A DNA stretch of 64,000 bases from the IMG/VR virus record IMGVR_UViG_3300028591_000180, positions 1-64,000 of that record; one strand, 5' to 3'. Both the position numbers and the translations under genes were made by a program. The notes under the pieces are model-generated. The model ran no database searches. It was not told where the DNA came from and saw only the letters and a program-made list of their open reading frames with translations. Source of the stretch: a virus (lineage: Duplodnaviria; Caudoviricetes). Of this stretch, positions 28,551-38,575 are shown piece after piece (the stretch's first letter is position 1; each line of letters opens with the position of its first letter).

Positions 28551-29774
28551 ATGAGGAAAATTATTTCTAAAATCTTAGTAGTTCTGTTAGTAACTGCATC
28601 ATTGTGGGGTTGCTCTGGTAGTAATGAAAATAAACCTGAGCCAGAAAAGAAAGTAAAAATCGGTGTCATTTTAGTTGGAGATGAAAATGAAGGTTATACT
28701 TATGCTCACATCGAGGGTATTAAAGATGCTGCTAAGGCAAATAATATGACTGACGATCAAATTATTTGGAAGTATTCAGTTGGAGAATCTCAGGATTGCT
28801 ATGATGCTGCTATTGACTTAGTAGAACAGGGTTGTACTGCTATCTTCTCTAACAGTTATGGCCACCAGGCTTATATGCAGAAGGCTGCTGCTGAACATCC
28901 TGAAGTTAAGTTTGTTTCTGCTACAGGTGATACTGCTGCTATTTCTGGTTTGGATAACTTCTCTAATGCGTTTACCAATGTTTATGAATCACGTTATGTT
29001 TCTGGTATCGTAGCTGGTATGAAGTTGGCTGAGCTTGAAAAAGAAGGTAAGATTGATCCTGAAAGTTATGTTGATGGTAAGGTATTAATTGGTTATATTG
29101 GTGCTTTCCCTTATGCAGAAGTTGTTTCTGGTTATACTGCATTCTTCCTTGGAGTTAAATCAGTATTTGAAAATGTTACGATGGAAGTAATTTATACTAA
29201 CTCATGGTTTAATATTATTGCTGAAGCTGAGACCGCTAGAAAAATGATGGAAGATCATTGTGTAATTATCAGCCAGCATGCTGACTCCACCGGTGCTCCG
29301 TCTGCAATTGAATCCGCTGGAAGGGAAGTTTATTCTGTTGGTTATAATGTTGATATGTTAGGCGTTGCACCTACTAAGGCTTTAACAAGTGCAACTAATA
29401 CTTGGGGTGTCTACTATACTTATGCATTTGGCCAGGTATTAAAAGGTGAAAAGATCGCTACCGACTGGGCTGAAGGATATGAGACCGGTGCTGTTGCCAT
29501 CACCAAGTTAGGCCCAAGCTGCGCTGCCGGAACTCAGGAAGCCGTTGACAAGGCCATCGCCAGCATCAAGGCCGGAACTCTGCATGTATTTGATACAAGT
29601 ACCTGGACAGTTAATGGTGAACATTTAACAGAATCGGTAGTCGACTTAGACGGTGACTTCAAGACTGATTCTGCTGCCGATAAGAATGCTATTTGGGACG
29701 GTTACTTCCATGAATCTGAATTAAGAAGTGCTCCTTCATTTAGTGTTCGAATTGATGGAATTATCGAAAAATAG
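28551..29774 (+). CDS. BMP-family (PnrA-like) nucleoside-binding lipoprotein
   Basis: Signal peptide with lipobox SLWGC; GYTYAHIEG, YESRYVSGIVAG and SQHADS motifs. Confidence 0.9.
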   Translation: MRKIISKILVVLLVTASLWGCSGSNENKPEPEKKVKIGVILVGDENEGYTYAHIEGIKDAAKANNMTDDQIIWKYSVGESQDCYDAAIDLVEQGCTAIFSNSYGHQAYMQKAAAEHPEVKFVSATGDTAAISGLDNFSNAFTNVYESRYVSGIVAGMKLAELEKEGKIDPESYVDGKVLIGYIGAFPYAEVVSGYTAFFLGVKSVFENVTMEVIYTNSWFNIIAEAETARKMMEDHCVIISQHADSTGAPSAIESAGREVYSVGYNVDMLGVAPTKALTSATNTWGVYYTYAFGQVLKGEKIATDWAEGYETGAVAITKLGPSCAAGTQEAVDKAIASIKAGTLHVFDTSTWTVNGEHLTESVVDLDGDFKTDSAADKNAIWDGYFHESELRSAPSFSVRIDGIIEK

Positions 29775-29797
29775 AAACTATAAATATTAATTAATTT

Positions 29798-29855
29798 AAA
29801 GAGGGCTAGTTTACAGGCTAGCCCTCTTTATTGTATAATTTAATTACCTAAGGAG
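29798..29855 (+). promoter_or_regulatory. terminator + early promoter cassette
   Basis: AAAGAGGGCTAG-TTTACAGG-CTAGCCCTCTTT hairpin; TTTACA(29810)-N18-TATAAT(29834). Confidence 0.8.
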
Positions 29856-29863
29856 GATTACTA

Positions 29864-30061
29864 ATGTCAAAAGATGAATTATTAGATTTTGGAATAGCGT
29901 TATTAATGACAGTCATTCATATTGGTTTATGTGTATTTGTTTGGTGGATTATTGCTAAGCTCTTACATGAAGATTTTCCACACCTCTTAACATCAGCTGG
30001 TCTTGGCCTGTGGGGATTCTCGGTATTCAGATCATATTGGAGAAAGGATAATAAGATTTAA
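29864..30061 (+). CDS. small 2-TM membrane protein
   Basis: 65 aa, hydrophobic. Confidence 0.7.
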   Translation: MSKDELLDFGIALLMTVIHIGLCVFVWWIIAKLLHEDFPHLLTSAGLGLWGFSVFRSYWRKDNKI

Positions 30062-31083
30062 TGGGGAATTTAGATAAAGCTTTAGCTGAGATCAATAAAA
30101 AGTTCGGCCGAAACTCAGTGATTGTTCTCGGAGATGAGGAACCTAACAAGGTAAACTGTATTTCTACCGGTTCATTACAGTTAGATAAGGCCTTGGGTGG
30201 TGGATTCGCCCGTGGTCGTATCTCTGAGGTGTTTGGTGTTGAAGGTGCTGGTAAAACAACTTTATGCTTACAGGTTGTTTCACAAGCTCAGCAGGAGGGC
30301 GACAACGTAGCGTATATAGATGTTGAACAGGCTGTTGATTTGAATTATGCTAAACATATTGGTGTTGATGTAGGACATTTAATTTTCTCCCAGCCATCAT
30401 CAGCTGAACAGGCATTAGATATTGTAGATGCATTAGTTAAATCAAATGAAATTGGTATGATTGTTATTGATTCAGTTGCATCACTTGCTCCACAAGCAGA
30501 ACTTGATGGTGAAATGGGAGATGCTACAATTGGATTAGCCGCAAGACTTATGGGTAAGGCCTTGAGAAAAATTACTGCTTCAGTTAATCAGACAAATTGT
30601 GCAGTCGTTTTCATCAATCAGTTAAGATCAAACATTGGTGGCTATGGCAATCCAGATACTACTCCAGGTGGTAGAGCTCTTAAGTATGCAGCTTCTCAAA
30701 GAATTGAAATGAGGAAGACAACAGCCATTAAAGAGGGATCTGATGTCGTTGGAAACCTGGTTAAAATTAAAATTGTAAAAAATAAAATAGCTCCTCCGAT
30801 GCAGGTTGTTGAATTGCCGTTGATTTTTGGTGAAGGGTTCAAGCCAGAAGAGGAAGTCATTGATCTCGCTATTGATTATGGTTTTGTTAACAAAGCAGGT
30901 GCATGGTTTACTACTCATGATGGCCAAAGACTTCAGGGGAAGGCTAATGTTAAAACCTATTATGAAGAACACCCTGAGTTATTAGAAGTACTTACCCAGA
31001 TGGTAAAGGATACACTAGCAGGAAGAGAAATTAAACAGGATTATGAAATTGATCCTAATACTGGAGAAGTTTTAAATATATAA
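30061..31083 (+). CDS. recA: RecA recombinase
   Basis: Walker A GVEGAGKTT, IVIDSVASL, FINQLR, TTPGGRALKYAAS, VKNKIAPP. Confidence 0.97.
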   Translation: MGNLDKALAEINKKFGRNSVIVLGDEEPNKVNCISTGSLQLDKALGGGFARGRISEVFGVEGAGKTTLCLQVVSQAQQEGDNVAYIDVEQAVDLNYAKHIGVDVGHLIFSQPSSAEQALDIVDALVKSNEIGMIVIDSVASLAPQAELDGEMGDATIGLAARLMGKALRKITASVNQTNCAVVFINQLRSNIGGYGNPDTTPGGRALKYAASQRIEMRKTTAIKEGSDVVGNLVKIKIVKNKIAPPMQVVELPLIFGEGFKPEEEVIDLAIDYGFVNKAGAWFTTHDGQRLQGKANVKTYYEEHPELLEVLTQMVKDTLAGREIKQDYEIDPNTGEVLNI

Positions 31084-31187
31084 TAAATAAATTTTACTAA
31101 ATAGGTGGTTAGTCTGATTAGATTATCACCTTATTTAGTTTTACCTAGTAAAATAATATAAGGTATAATTAAAATGGAGGCTTAAAA

Positions 31188-31412
31188 GTGAAATTAACTG
31201 AGGTCGTTAGCTCAAATATTAATAAAATTGGATATGAAAATAATAACTTATTAGTAGAATATAAATCAGGGGTTAAGTATCAGTACAAGGAAGTACCACA
31301 AGAATTATATGAGAAATTAATTTCCGCGGAATCTAATGGTAGATTTATGAATTCTGAGATTAAAGGTAAGTTCGAATACATTAGAATTGAAGATACCCCG
31401 AAGAATCTTTAG
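31188..31412 (+). CDS. KTSC-domain protein
   Basis: VVSSNINKIGY...LVEYKSG..YQY..VP..Y..LISAESNGRF; own promoter TTTACC(31140)-N18-TATAAT(31164). Confidence 0.85.
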   Translation: MKLTEVVSSNINKIGYENNNLLVEYKSGVKYQYKEVPQELYEKLISAESNGRFMNSEIKGKFEYIRIEDTPKNL

Positions 31413-31471
31413 CCCTGTAGATTCTTCGATATACCCTGTAGATTCTTCGAGTTACCCTGTAGAATCTACAG
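31399..31471. repeat. three 21-bp-period direct repeats plus one inverted partial copy (iteron-like)
   Basis: CCCTGTAGATTCTTCGA at 31413 and 31434; CCCTGTAGAATCTACAG at 31455; CGAAGAATCT (reverse complement of AGATTCTTCG) at 31399. Confidence 0.8.
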
Positions 31472-31530
31472 CCAATAATATAATTATAATATAGATATAA
31501 TTAAGAAGACTAGGGAGAGATTAAAGTTAC

Positions 31531-31548
31531 TTTGCTAAATTAAATATA
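31531..31548 (+). promoter_or_regulatory. putative late promoter, copy 3
   Basis: TTTGCTAAATTAAATATA. Confidence 0.6.
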
Positions 31549-31572
31549 ATAAAAATCATTGGAGCTTTTAAT

Positions 31573-34500
31573 ATGAAAATATTAGTAGAAAATATAGACG
31601 GCGGAATTACCTATAAAGAAATATACGAGAATCTAAAGGAAGTAACTTCTAATTTTTCAGTTGAAGAAGGTATCTTTAAATGTGATTCTCTTTTTGAGGC
31701 TAATATCGCTAAAGAAATTTTAAATCGGGTGTATTCTGATGTATATACAAAACCATTAGACATGAATGATGATTTTGATTTGTATTATTCAGTAGTTTTT
31801 TCTAATAAGATTTCTGAAGAATATAAGGATTTGGAAATCCAACCAGATAAGGATCCATCTGGTACTCCAATCGGTAATGGTACAGGCTTAGGAGAACAGT
31901 TAATAGAAAAGATAGTTAAAAAATCAGACGGATACTATGTTCAATCTGAGAAGGGTAAAAACTTAGGTGGACCTTATTCAAGGGAAGATGCTGAAAAGAG
32001 GTTAAAGCAAGTGGAATATTTTAAACATAAAGATGAATCATTAAATGAAGCTGATGATGAAGAAGTAGAAGATTATGAAGAAGATCTTCTTGAATTCTTT
32101 GACGAAGAATTATATAATACTTATGAAAATGATTTATCAGCGGCTACTAAAAAGGAATTACTCGCTGATGCTAGAGAAGCTTTTAGTGATATACCTGAAA
32201 CTATACTTAAAAAGGTCTTTAAAAAATGGTTAAAGAGTGCTGCTAAAGGAGTTGAAGAATACTCCTCAGAGCAGAAAAAATGGGCTCGTGATGGTCACAA
32301 TTGGGTATTAGGTATTTTAAATGACACACAGAAGTGGATTAATGCCTTAAAAGAAAAAGCTGAAAAATTAGTTGGTCAAAGAGAAACCATGTATACAGGA
32401 GGAACAATAAAGGGTATTAAAGATTCAAAAAATATTTTATACAAAGGCGTTCCTATCTATGCAGTTACTTATGAAATTCCTGACTCTCCTAGGCCAGAGC
32501 GTAGAGAAATAACCTATTTCTATTTTCCTTATATTAATAATTATATTGATGGGCCAGTAGTAAAAACCAGATATTCATTGGGAAGTGCGCATGAAGAGAT
32601 TGATGATCTTCTTGAAACAAATAAAGTTACAGCTAAAGATGAATCATTAGATGAAGCAGCTACTCCACTTAAGTATCAAGTTGAAGTCACAGTAGATGGT
32701 GAATACGATGCTGACATAGATGAATACTGGATCCCAGATAATCTTCCTGATTTATTACAAGGTTATTATGGTCAGGAGCCTGTAGATCGTTCTCAAAAGC
32801 AATGGCATTTATATTATGCTTTTGCTACTAAAGAAGCTTGCGATAAGTTTGTCAACGCGGTGACTAATATGGGCTATGTAGTTTCAGATATTAATGATGA
32901 TGAAGTTGGATATGATTTTGAAGAATCATTAAATGAAGCGAAGAATAAAAACTATAGAGTTGAGCTATATTACTATGACAATAATAAACCTGACGATGTA
33001 ATTTATTTTGAAAACCTGAAAGTAGCATATAATTTCTGTAATAATAAAATTTCAGACAATATTGCCTATGATGATGGCCTTACTGGTATTTTAGTGTTTA
33101 ATGAAGCTAAAGATAAATTATTAAACACCTGGCAAAATGGTGGTAGAGGCTGGGAAAATAAATCCAAGGAGTTAATTAAGATGAATGAGTCATTAAATGA
33201 AGCTAAATATGGGGCTTATGATAATACACCTGAAGATGTTATTATGACTGACTTAGGAATTGGCCCAAAGAAGAGATTTAGAGTTAGATACTATAGTAGA
33301 GGCAGTTCAATATTATCTTCTATTGTAGTAGAAGCTAACACAAAAGAAAACGCTTATAAAGAAGCTATTAAATTAGGTATTAGTGAGTTCGCCATTAAGA
33401 GTATAAACGAAATTAAACCAAAGGCTCAATCTACCAATGAATCTTTAAATGAAGAAGTAAATTTAAAACCTGGAGATGTTAAGTGGTCTTGGTGGCTTCA
33501 TAGCTATTTAATTTATCAGGGTTATAATAAGATAACAAATAAGTATAAATTTGAAGATTTTGGAGATAGATTAATTTATCTTACCGCAGAAGAAGTTTCA
33601 GACCTAGAAGACAAACCTAATAAGAATGAATCATTAAATGAAGAATATGAGGCAGGCGTAAAGATACCTAAAAAATATTTATTAGCTAATGGTTATACAG
33701 AAGAAGAAATTAATGATTTACCTAATACATTATATTCTAAGTATACTGTAGATGTTAAAATTGCACCTAATGATATTATAATTACTGATAACCACCACGG
33801 TTATAACGTTTCATATTTTATGCATTATTCTGACTTAGCTAGATTCGCTAGAGAAATTAATGAATCAATAAATGAAGGTGTATCTCCAGAACAGGCAGCA
33901 CAACTTAATAAAGAATGTGATGAAATTTATAAATATCTTTCTGAAAACGGCATACATGAGGACGTTTGATGGGATGATTCAGGTAGAATAAATATTGAAA
34001 TTGAATGGGGTGACTGGAAACACGAACACCTTAGATGTAATAGACTTATGACGATGCTTGGTTATGAGTGTGTTGATGAAGTTGTAACAGATGAAGATGG
34101 TAGTGATACTTATTCTGCTCGCCATATTTATAAAAAGATAATGGATGAATCATTAAATGAAAGTGATAAACCATCATTCCTTAATTATATGTATGATATT
34201 TTTGGTGATGACGACCGTTGGGAAGAAAACCCTGATGTAGAAGATTATTACCGCCAAGAATATAACACAAAATATGATAGTGATAGTGATTCTGATAACT
34301 TTATTATAGACCAAACTTGGAGTGATGTGCACCCATCAAATAATCTTAATGATTATTCAGAACCAAAAGAAGAAGAACCTGAAGAGTACGAAATGACCGA
34401 AGAAGATTATGCTAATATGTTAGATTCTTATAATCTTACTTTAGAAATGTCTGATGAAGAAGCTAAAACCCAGATTGAAAAAGAATTTGCCGGAATGTTA

Positions 34501-34794
34501 AGTTGGGGTGGTATTTCTAAAGAAGACTATATCGAAGGTCAGAAAGAAATTTTTGACACCTGGAAGATGTTAAAAGAAAGAGATCAGAAACCAGCTCCAA
34601 CTACTGAAGCTCTTAATGAAGAAGATGAAGAGCCTGAAGCCAGGTGCCCTAATTGTGGCGAGGAAATGAATTTCATTGGTTATCAAGGCCATGACGAAGA
34701 ATTTAAGTGCCCAATTTGTGATGTGTATTTCTATTATGACCCAAATAAAGAAAAACTTATGACTGCTGTCGAATATGAAGACATGCATCATTAA
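31573..34794 (+). CDS. 1073-aa acidic polyprotein with nine ESLNE-type linkers (putative internal head/ejection protein)
   Basis: Track ORFs 31573 and 34048 are in frame and joined by one TGA at 33967. Confidence 0.8.
32035..34620 (+). repeat. dispersed GAATCATTAAATGAA (ESLNE) linker repeats
   Basis: Exact copies at 32035, 32923, 33628, 34147; single-mismatch copies at 32641, 33187, 33439, 33862; EALNE at 34606; all in the coding frame. Confidence 0.9.
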
Positions 34795-34809
34795 TTAGGG
34801 AGGTAGGGT

Positions 34810-36033
34810 ATGATAAAAGATTTTGATAAATTAAAATATTTATTAAGTGAATTACTTACAAAATACCGAAACGAAATAAGAAACGGTGATTTTGATAAGG
34901 TAGTTTATTCTTTATGGTGAAACTCAGATAGATACAATGGGAAAGATTTTAAGGGTAAAACTTTCCTTGGATATTGTAAAAGTTTGGGGATGCTTAGCCC
35001 ACATCAAGTTATAGTAGAAATAAATAATACTTGCGGTACTAATTTTAAAGATAGGTTATTAGATAAAGATAATAAAGACTATTATTATTTAAAGTTTATT
35101 TATACTTGATATGATAGCTTACATCCTGAGTGGGGCCCCATTTCTAGAGAATATTGGTTACAGGCCTATTCAATTAATGGTAAATTACAAGCTCAATTTT
35201 GAGATATAACTACTATTGAAAATAGGCTGTGTTTTGATTCTGAAAGTGAAGCTAATAATTTAATTAATAGGATAGAGTCATTAGGCCATTTACCACAGGA
35301 TCCAAAGAAGAGACTAGACCTTTCAAAAATGAAGTGGAAAACGGTTAAAGTAAATAAAAATTCTAAAGTTTATGAAAAACTTGGACCTATGGTAAAGAAG
35401 TTAGTATATATGAATTTAAGTACTCTTCATGAACCAGTATCTGAAACTTTACCAGAATTTTATGGATATATTTACTCAAGTAGAAATAATGGTGAGATAC
35501 CATTTAGTGATGATGATTTTGTAGCCGAGAGTTTAAGTGAAGCTGTTTCAAACAGTTTATATAACGGCGGTTTGAAAGATAAGAAAGCCAAATTGGATAA
35601 TGAGAAAATGAGTATTAAGTCATTAACAGAGAAAACGGATTTAACTTATGAGCCTGAATTGGTCCAGAAGTTAGTTAATAAATATGCAACTCCTGAGTTA
35701 CGTAAAAGTGATTTAGATGATATCTGAGAAGAAGTTATGGAAAAATATGATAATGTTGATTTAGCCGAAGAAGTTTATGATTCTCTCCATGCTTGGCTTG
35801 GTGATATGTGGAATGAATCTTTTAAAGCTGACAATATTAAAGATGAAGAACCTGAAGATTGGCTTACAGAAAAGAGAAATTCTTGTATACGTGATTATAG
35901 GATGTGGGCTGGTCTTGGTGATGACGAGTTAATCACTGAAGATAAAATTGATGAGTGGGCTTTAAATAGAGTAAGCTGTAACAGTAATTACGACTATGAT
36001 GATTTAAAAGAAGTATTACTGTCAAATAAATAA
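34810..36033 (+). CDS. hypothetical protein (407 aa under TGA=Trp)
   Basis: ATG 34810 after GGAGG; in-frame TGA at 34918, 35107, 35200, 35725 join track ORFs 35329 and 35737. Confidence 0.75.
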
Positions 36034-36047
36034 TGGAAGGGTAGAAC

Positions 36048-37124
36048 ATGAAAATAAAAGTTAAAAAGAAGATTACTGAATCTAAAAAGCTTAATGAGGC
36101 CTCTTTAGAAGATGAGGTTAAATCAGCTGAGAGTCAGATTGATAACGATAAGGTAGTCAACGGTAATAATCCTGGTCAGATTGAAACAGCTCTTGATAGA
36201 GCTTTACGTACAGCTGAGAGACAAAAGAGAACCGGCGGAAAGAATTATACTAATATTATTTTAATTGGTGGAGCTGGTACTGGTAAGACTTCAGCTGTTC
36301 TTGATTGAGCTCAAGAAAATGGAGTTAACGTTGTTTTACAAAATACTTCTACAATGGATGAGACTGACTTAACTGGTGTTGTTGCTAGAAGTGCTGAGGG
36401 TAATTCAACCGTTAAATTACGTTCTGATGTATTAAAGGGATTAAATGAACCCAGATCGATCTTATTCCTTGATGAGTATAACCGTGGCCGTAAATCAGTT
36501 CGTGGTACATTATTAACATTAATTAATGACCACCTTATTGATACAGGTACTGACCAGGAATCAAATGTTCCAGGCTTACAAGGTAAGTATGAATTAAAGA
36601 ATATGTTATTCACTGTTGCGGCTATTAACCCGGCCTCAGGTGAATATACTACTGATGAGCTTGACCCAGCGGAAATTTCTCGTTTCAGAAGAATTGAGGT
36701 AAAGGCTGATAAGAAACACTTATTAGATATTATGACTCAGAAGTTTATTAAGCAGGCAGAGTCTGAAGGTGCTACTGATGAAGATAGAGAAATTATTGCT
36801 GGCCAACTTGGTTTATTAACTAAATTATTATCAGATAAACAATTCCAATTTGATGATGAGGAAGACGAGAGGGCTGGCTATCGTAAATATGGAAGAGATT
36901 ATACTCCATTATCACCAAGATCTCTCGTTAATTTAATTTCAGCTACTGATGGAACTAAAGAAGATTTACTCGATTTATACAATGATTTCTGTAACCCATT
37001 AAAGAAGAATACTATTGAAATGATTCTCCAGGATTACAGTGATGTTGATGATAAGGCTAATTCAGTATTTAAAAAGAGAGAAAAATCAGACGAAGAAAAA
37101 TTAGATGATTTCTTAAATATGTAA
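36048..37124 (+). CDS. MoxR-like AAA+ ATPase (358 aa under TGA=Trp)
   Basis: Walker A GGAGTGKTS, TGA 36306 (VLD-W-AQE), Walker B ILFLDEYNR, VAAINP, ISRF. Confidence 0.88.
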
Positions 37125-37137
37125 GAGGTGATAACTT

Positions 37138-37734
37138 ATGGCAATGACTGAACGTGAAAAGTTAGGCCGCGAAATTATCATAAAATCTCTAAGGAAAGAA
37201 GGATATGTTACTTACAGTAATTTACTTTCTGATTTCCATTTAAATTTTACCAAAGATCCCGATGTTTTAGGATATATGGAACCTGATAGAGGTACCATCA
37301 CCGTTAATTCAAGTTTAGATATGGACCAGATAAAGGTTATAATTAGACATGAAATTCTCCATTTCTATTTAAAACATCATATTCGTAGTATTAAAAAGAT
37401 GGCTCAGCTAAAAGGAGTAGATCCAGATAGTTTAGATGATATGACTTTTAGAGAGATGGAAGAACTTGTTTATGGTGACCCAGAGAGGCTTGATAACATT
37501 GCTAAGGACTTTGAGATTTCTAATAGAGGCTATACCGATAAAGATAAAGCGATCGTTAGGTCCATGCATGCTCTAGTTACAGAAGATCATCATGAAGACT
37601 GAGTTGATCTGACAATGGAAGAGATGTATGAAAAACTTTTACAAGAAAGAGAAAATAGAGAACCTATTATGTATGGGGCATTACTTGACCCTACAACCTT
37701 TGTGGGAGCAGATGGAGTAGTTTATGGCAATTAA
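37138..37734 (+). CDS. putative zinc metallopeptidase domain protein (198 aa under TGA=Trp)
   Basis: IRHEILH HExxH motif; read-through of TGA 37600 places the stop overlapping the next ATG. Confidence 0.75.
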
Positions 37735-38575
37735 GTTAGTTGAGGAAAGAATACATGGCCATTTTAGAGGCGGTGTGTTCTGTGATGAAAACGGAAACCC
37801 AATTCCACTGAAGATGTCAAACATTGGATCTCAAAAGGGTAATGGTAATGATCAGGGACAAGATTCAGGTAGTGATGATGGATTATCTGGGTCTAATTAT
37901 AGTATCGATACTTCAAATCTCTCAGAAGACGTTAAAAAATTAATTGAAAGAGCTAATGATATTCAAAGAAGACTTAGTGAGGGAGAATCAGTAGATCCAC
38001 AAGAATTAAAAGATTTATTGAATGACATTAAAGCTAAGGCAAAAGAAATAGCTGACCAAAAAGGAAGAGAAGCTGATAAAGAAGGATTAGATAAAGCTGG
38101 TAAATCTATTCAGGGTGCTCTAGATGAGTTAGATGGAGAAGAATCTCAACCTGACCAAAGTAGTAATAACTCTAATCCTCAAAATAAAAAATCTCCTGTC
38201 CGTGGAAAACCGGGTTCTGGCAATAGTTCTAGTAAACAAGATTCAAATGACCAGGAGCAAGTCCCGGCTGGTGGTTCTGGCAATAGTTCTAGTAAACAAG
38301 ATTCAAATGACCAGGAGCAAGGCCCGGCTGATGGCTCAGGGAATAGCTCAGGTAACCAGAAGTCTAATAACAAATCTCCTAACCAAAACTCAGATAGTCC
38401 AAACTCCGGATCTGGTGGTGATTTTGATGATTCAGGCGATGACCAGGATAATAACCAGGATGAAAAGAAATCTCAAGACAAAAAAACTCCAGATCCTAAT
38501 ATGATTTACGTAGATATTAGGAATCATTACCGTTATAGGTGGAATGGAAAGGAGTTTGAGAAAATAGATGGCTAA
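37724..38575 (+). CDS. low-complexity Ser/Asn/Asp/Gly-rich protein of the AAA/VWA module
   Basis: 283 aa; helical middle plus a disordered SQDN-rich segment with a 20-aa duplication. Confidence 0.75.
   Translation: MAIKLVEERIHGHFRGGVFCDENGNPIPLKMSNIGSQKGNGNDQGQDSGSDDGLSGSNYSIDTSNLSEDVKKLIERANDIQRRLSEGESVDPQELKDLLNDIKAKAKEIADQKGREADKEGLDKAGKSIQGALDELDGEESQPDQSSNNSNPQNKKSPVRGKPGSGNSSSKQDSNDQEQVPAGGSGNSSSKQDSNDQEQGPADGSGNSSGNQKSNNKSPNQNSDSPNSGSGGDFDDSGDDQDNNQDEKKSQDKKTPDPNMIYVDIRNHYRYRWNGKEFEKIDG
38213..38332 (+). repeat. 60-bp tandem duplication
   Basis: GGTTCTGGCAATAGTTCTAGTAAACAAGATTCAAATGACCAGGAGCAAG at 38213 and 38273. Confidence 0.9.

Noticed and set aside
576-31083. Inteins or group I/II introns in nrdD, gyrB, gyrA or recA
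   Set aside because: All four are continuous and of ordinary length, with no insertion visible
31399-31471. Mini CRISPR array
   Set aside because: The period is only 21 bp with ~4-nt gaps, far too short for spacers; no cas genes are present
38133-38504. Alternative-frame + strand ORF (123 aa)
   Set aside because: Out-of-frame by-product of the low-complexity repeat in 37724..38575
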